Source: Candidatus Cloacimonadales bacterium
GTDB taxonomy: Bacteria; Cloacimonadota; Cloacimonadia; Cloacimonadales; JAFGVF01
DNA length: 64,000 bases
NCBI GenBank assembly: GCA_963677495.2
Contig: CAXXOU010000004.1
Coordinates: 416,001-480,000, forward strand
Reading direction: 5' to 3'
Shown: positions 60,535 through 64,000 of the stretch, one piece after another
Layout of the letters: each line of letters opens with the position of its first letter
Position numbering within the stretch: the first letter of the stretch is position 1
Translations under genes and position numbers: made by a program
Notes under the pieces: generated by a model
The model's database searches: none
Told to the model about the DNA's origin: nothing
The model's input: the letters and a program-made list of their open reading frames with translations, nothing else

Positions 60535-62238
60535 ATGAATAGAATATCACCTATATATACACATAAGACCAAATGTCGTGACTGTTTCAAATGCATCAGA
60601 CACTGTCCGGTTAAGGCTATCAAAGTTGAAAACGGTAGTGCAGTAGTTGATTCTGAACGTTGCATCCTATGTGGAAAATGCACCCAGATCTGTCCCGTCG
60701 AAGCCAAACGGGTTAGAAATGATGTTACAGGTGTGGAACTTCTATTAGAAACAAAGACAAAAGTGATTGTCTCGCTTGCTCCATCTTACAAGAGTATGTT
60801 TGATTGTAGTGATTCTGCTTTGATAGCAGCACTTAAGAAACTAGGTTTTTCGCATGTCTCTGAGACTGCTTTAGGTGCTACAATTGTTTCTCAACAAGTA
60901 GCTGAAGAACTTAAGAAAGAGGATGCTAATCTCTTAATATCTTCTGCCTGTCCGGTCGTTAATGAGTATATATCTAAATATAAACCTGAGTTTTCAACCT
61001 ATCTTTCTAAGCTCTTGTCACCTGCTCAAGCACATGCAAAATACTTGAAAGAGCATTATGGGAATGATGTAGCTGTTGTCTTCATTAATCCATGTGTAGC
61101 TAAGAAGAATGAAGCAGACCTATTACCCGTATATATAGATATCTCAATTACTTTTACTGAATTAAATGAGATGTTTATCAATCACAAAGTACACTTAGAA
61201 GAGACAGATGAGCAACATCATTTTGAACCTGTAACAGCCGGTATTTCATCATCCTATCCGCTAGATGGTGGTATGATAGATACTGTTAAAGAGTTTTATA
61301 CAAACAGTGATGCTGATTTCATTAGCTTCACAGATTTAAGAGAGATGGAAGAGGTCCTTAAGACACCCACAGATTATAATCACAACAAACTATTCCTGGA
61401 ACTCATGGCTTGCCCCGGTGGTTGTATTAATGGACCTTCTCTTCCATCATCAAAACCTTTATCTTTGAGGAAACTCTCTGTTCAGCATGGTGTTAATAAC
61501 TCAATCAGTGAAATAGAAAAGCTCGGAGAAATTGCGATTAACAATAACTATCCTGTAAACAGAGTTGAAGATTCAACCTATTCAGATTCAGAGTTAAACG
61601 CAATTCTAAGACAAATTGGCAAATGCTCTCACAAGGATGAACTTAACTGTGGAGGTTGTGGTTATTCAACCTGTCGTGATTTTGCAACTGCGGTATTAAA
61701 TGGTTTCGCTCAGAAGTATATGTGTGTTACTTATATGCGCTCCCTAGCAATGAACAAAGCTAATGCACTTCTTAAAGCAATGCCTTCAGGTGTGATAATC
61801 GTTGATGATAAACTGAAAGTTATTGAGTGTAATCGTCGCTTCGCCGAAATCATCGGTGGTGACTTAACCTATGTTTTTGATGCTAAACCCGGTCTCACAG
61901 ATTCATACCTCAAAAGGATTGTTAGCTTTTCCTCCTACTTCGAAGCATTTCTTAAATCACCTAATGAGCTTCTGGAGACCGAATTTAGCTTCAACAAGAA
62001 GATTCTTAAACTCATACTTTTCCCTATAGAGGGAAGACGGATTATAGGTGGTATAGTTCAAGATATTACTCATCCATCTATGCATAGAGAACAGGTCATT
62101 GAGAAAGCTAAGAAAGTCATAATGACCAACTTAACTGCTGTTCAACAGATTGCGTTCCTCTTAGGGGAGAGTGCTTCTGAAACTGAGATACTTCTGAACT
62201 CAATCATCGACTCATTTGAACACGATAAAAATGACTAA
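60535..62238 (+). CDS. Sensory [FeFe]-hydrogenase with PAS domain (group C, HydS/HfsB-like)
   Basis: 2x[4Fe-4S]; variant H-cluster motifs SSACP, NPCVAKKNE, ELMACPGGCING; LNCGGCGYSTC; PAS AMPSGVIIVD. Confidence 0.88.
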   Translation: MNRISPIYTHKTKCRDCFKCIRHCPVKAIKVENGSAVVDSERCILCGKCTQICPVEAKRVRNDVTGVELLLETKTKVIVSLAPSYKSMFDCSDSALIAALKKLGFSHVSETALGATIVSQQVAEELKKEDANLLISSACPVVNEYISKYKPEFSTYLSKLLSPAQAHAKYLKEHYGNDVAVVFINPCVAKKNEADLLPVYIDISITFTELNEMFINHKVHLEETDEQHHFEPVTAGISSSYPLDGGMIDTVKEFYTNSDADFISFTDLREMEEVLKTPTDYNHNKLFLELMACPGGCINGPSLPSSKPLSLRKLSVQHGVNNSISEIEKLGEIAINNNYPVNRVEDSTYSDSELNAILRQIGKCSHKDELNCGGCGYSTCRDFATAVLNGFAQKYMCVTYMRSLAMNKANALLKAMPSGVIIVDDKLKVIECNRRFAEIIGGDLTYVFDAKPGLTDSYLKRIVSFSSYFEAFLKSPNELLETEFSFNKKILKLILFPIEGRRIIGGIVQDITHPSMHREQVIEKAKKVIMTNLTAVQQIAFLLGESASETEILLNSIIDSFEHDKND

Positions 62239-63421
62239 AGAATACTTCGTTGAATCCGGTTTCTTCCAGATTAGTAAAGCAGGACAGAAAGTCCCCGGAG
62301 ACAAGTTTGTCTCATCTAAATCCACTGTTGATAATCGCTTAGTTGCCGTGTTAGCAGATGGGCTTGGTAGTGGTGTAAAAGCTAATGTACTTGCAACGCT
62401 AACGACATCAATGGCTCTGAAGTTCATTGAGAATAGAATGGATGTTCGTAAAGCTGCTGAGATTATTCTCTCGACTTTACCTGTCTGTTCTGTACGTAAA
62501 ATAGGTTACTCTACATTTTCAATCTTTGATTTAGAACCTGATGGAACTGTCAGAATTATAGAATATGACAATCCCTCTTATATATTGATACGAAATAATC
62601 GCATAGTAACACCGGAGAAGGAGACTATTGAGATAAACCTCGTGAACAACCGTCGCAATAAAGTTCACTACTCCTCCTTCAAAATGCAGTATCTTGATAG
62701 AATCGTCTTCTTCTCGGATGGTGTTTCTCAAAGTGGTTTAGGACGCACAGTATCTCCCTTTGGTTGGGAGACTGCAGAACTTGAAGCATTTGTTTTGCAA
62801 CAATGTGTTGAAAACAGTCTCATCTCAGCCCATGGGCTTGCTCGTGAGATAGTTAAAGCTGCACACAGAAGAGACAATAATCAGGCTAAAGATGATATTA
62901 CTTGCTCTGTGTTCTACTATAGAGAACCTCGTAAAACATTACTGATCACAGGTCCTCCATATCACAAAGAAAGCGATAAGAGATACACTGAGATTGCTAA
63001 GACATTTATGGGTACAAAGATTATTGCAGGTGGCACAAGTGCGAATATCATCTCTAGAGAGCTTGATAGGCCGATTAAGATGGATCTTAACAAGTTCTGG
63101 TCAGGTTCTAAGGTTCCTCCCAAGGCATCAATGGAAGGCTTCGATCTGATAACAGAAGGGACTATCACACTTTCAAAAGTCTACTCTATTCTTAAAGAGC
63201 ATGAAAACAGTGAGTATTTCGGAAAGAACTCAGCTTTCGAGTTGGCTAATCTTCTGCTTGAAAGTGATATAATCAGAATTGTGGCCGGTACTAAAATCAA
63301 TGAAGCACATCAGGATCCTAACCTTCCTCAAGAACTGGATATACGACGCAACCTTATCAAGAATATCGCAAAGATACTTCGTACTAAATTCGTAAAAACT
63401 GTTACAGTCGAGTTCTTTTAA
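62231..63421 (+). CDS. SpoIIE-like Ser/Thr phosphatase (HfsC-like)
   Basis: ADGLGSGVKANVLATLT, TLPVCSVRKIGYSTF, FSDGV, DDIT. Confidence 0.85.
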   Translation: MTKEYFVESGFFQISKAGQKVPGDKFVSSKSTVDNRLVAVLADGLGSGVKANVLATLTTSMALKFIENRMDVRKAAEIILSTLPVCSVRKIGYSTFSIFDLEPDGTVRIIEYDNPSYILIRNNRIVTPEKETIEINLVNNRRNKVHYSSFKMQYLDRIVFFSDGVSQSGLGRTVSPFGWETAELEAFVLQQCVENSLISAHGLAREIVKAAHRRDNNQAKDDITCSVFYYREPRKTLLITGPPYHKESDKRYTEIAKTFMGTKIIAGGTSANIISRELDRPIKMDLNKFWSGSKVPPKASMEGFDLITEGTITLSKVYSILKEHENSEYFGKNSAFELANLLLESDIIRIVAGTKINEAHQDPNLPQELDIRRNLIKNIAKILRTKFVKTVTVEFF

Positions 63422-63425
63422 GCTT

Positions 63426-64000
63426 CTACTGCTTTACTGTCAGTTCTCCAGCTTTTCCCAAACCAAACTTACACAATACCGGACCAATCAGCATTATCAA
63501 GAATGTAGTAGCGGTCATTACACTAACAACCTGAGTTGCGTACTCATGGAATCCATTTAGCTCTAAGTATTTACCTGCAGCTAAGGAGAGTCCAATCGCA
63601 ACACCGGCTTGCGAAAGTAGTGTGAATCCAAGGTAATTCTTAACATTGCTACTACTATGAGAAACAGTTGCTCCTAACCAAGCACCACCCCATTTGCCAC
63701 CCGTTCTTGCGATAATGTAAAGTACAATGAGTACTAAGTACTGCCAAATCATTGCAAAGTTCAGTCTTGCCCCGATTAGAGCAAAGAAGATCATATATAC
63801 AGGTGGTGACCATTCACCAAGGGCTGCATTAATCTTTCTGGATACAAGTTTGCTTTTGTTCACAAGCACAATTCCGCTGACCATGTTTAGCAAGATAGGG
63901 GAGAGATGGAATAATTCTGCAATACCACAGTTAAGGAATAAGATACCTACTGAAAAGGCTAAAATGAAAGTCTTCGAATAGGTTACTTTACCGACAAGAT
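63426..64000 (-). CDS. Cation:proton antiporter (CPA2-like), 5' end outside window
   Basis: Hydrophobic helices; FFALIGARL, RTGGKWGG, LLSQAGVAIGL, IGP. Confidence 0.8.
   Translation of the reverse strand, partial: LVGKVTYSKTFILAFSVGILFLNCGIAELFHLSPILLNMVSGIVLVNKSKLVSRKINAALGEWSPPVYMIFFALIGARLNFAMIWQYLVLIVLYIIARTGGKWGGAWLGATVSHSSSNVKNYLGFTLLSQAGVAIGLSLAAGKYLELNGFHEYATQVVSVMTATTFLIMLIGPVLCKFGLGKAGELTVKQ

Noticed and set aside
1027..63981. Numerous short antisense or overlapping ORFs in the track (e.g. 1027-1239, 8119-8337, 26013-26546, 53328-53696)
   Set aside because: Shadows of well-supported genes or read-through of repeat DNA; no RBS or motifs

Overview
AT-rich chromosomal window from an anaerobic bacterium. 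The secreted protein with a 'NFPNPFNPETTI' C-terminal domain and the overall gene content suggest the FCB group, plausibly Cloacimonadota (inference). Left to right it holds: a truncated M6 metalloprotease; two tandem tRNA-Asp(GTC); an accessory region (about 3-19 kb) with a TetR/flavodoxin/SDR block, an Avs4-type STAND antiphage nuclease and a large LamG/GLUG/PKD surface protein; recQ, aspS-purN-mtaB-mlaF, amrB-amrA, folC, a GH29 fucosidase and a TPR histidine kinase; arcA, an RNB ribonuclease and an archaeal-type gatE-gatD pair; a LruC-domain lipoprotein; and a Rex-associated trimeric [FeFe]-hydrogenase operon with an Fe-ADH inserted into the hfsABC-like sensory module. The most unusual signal is non-coding. 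At least eight intergenic loci contain fold-back elements built from drifting 11-nt-period repeats, each with a different sequence. They are interleaved with REP-like hairpin modules that bracket accessory genes as direct repeats, and two of them neighbour copies (one intact, one 5'-truncated) of an unknown ~150-aa basic protein. Three homopolymer frameshifts at 52.6-57.8 kb look like assembly errors.
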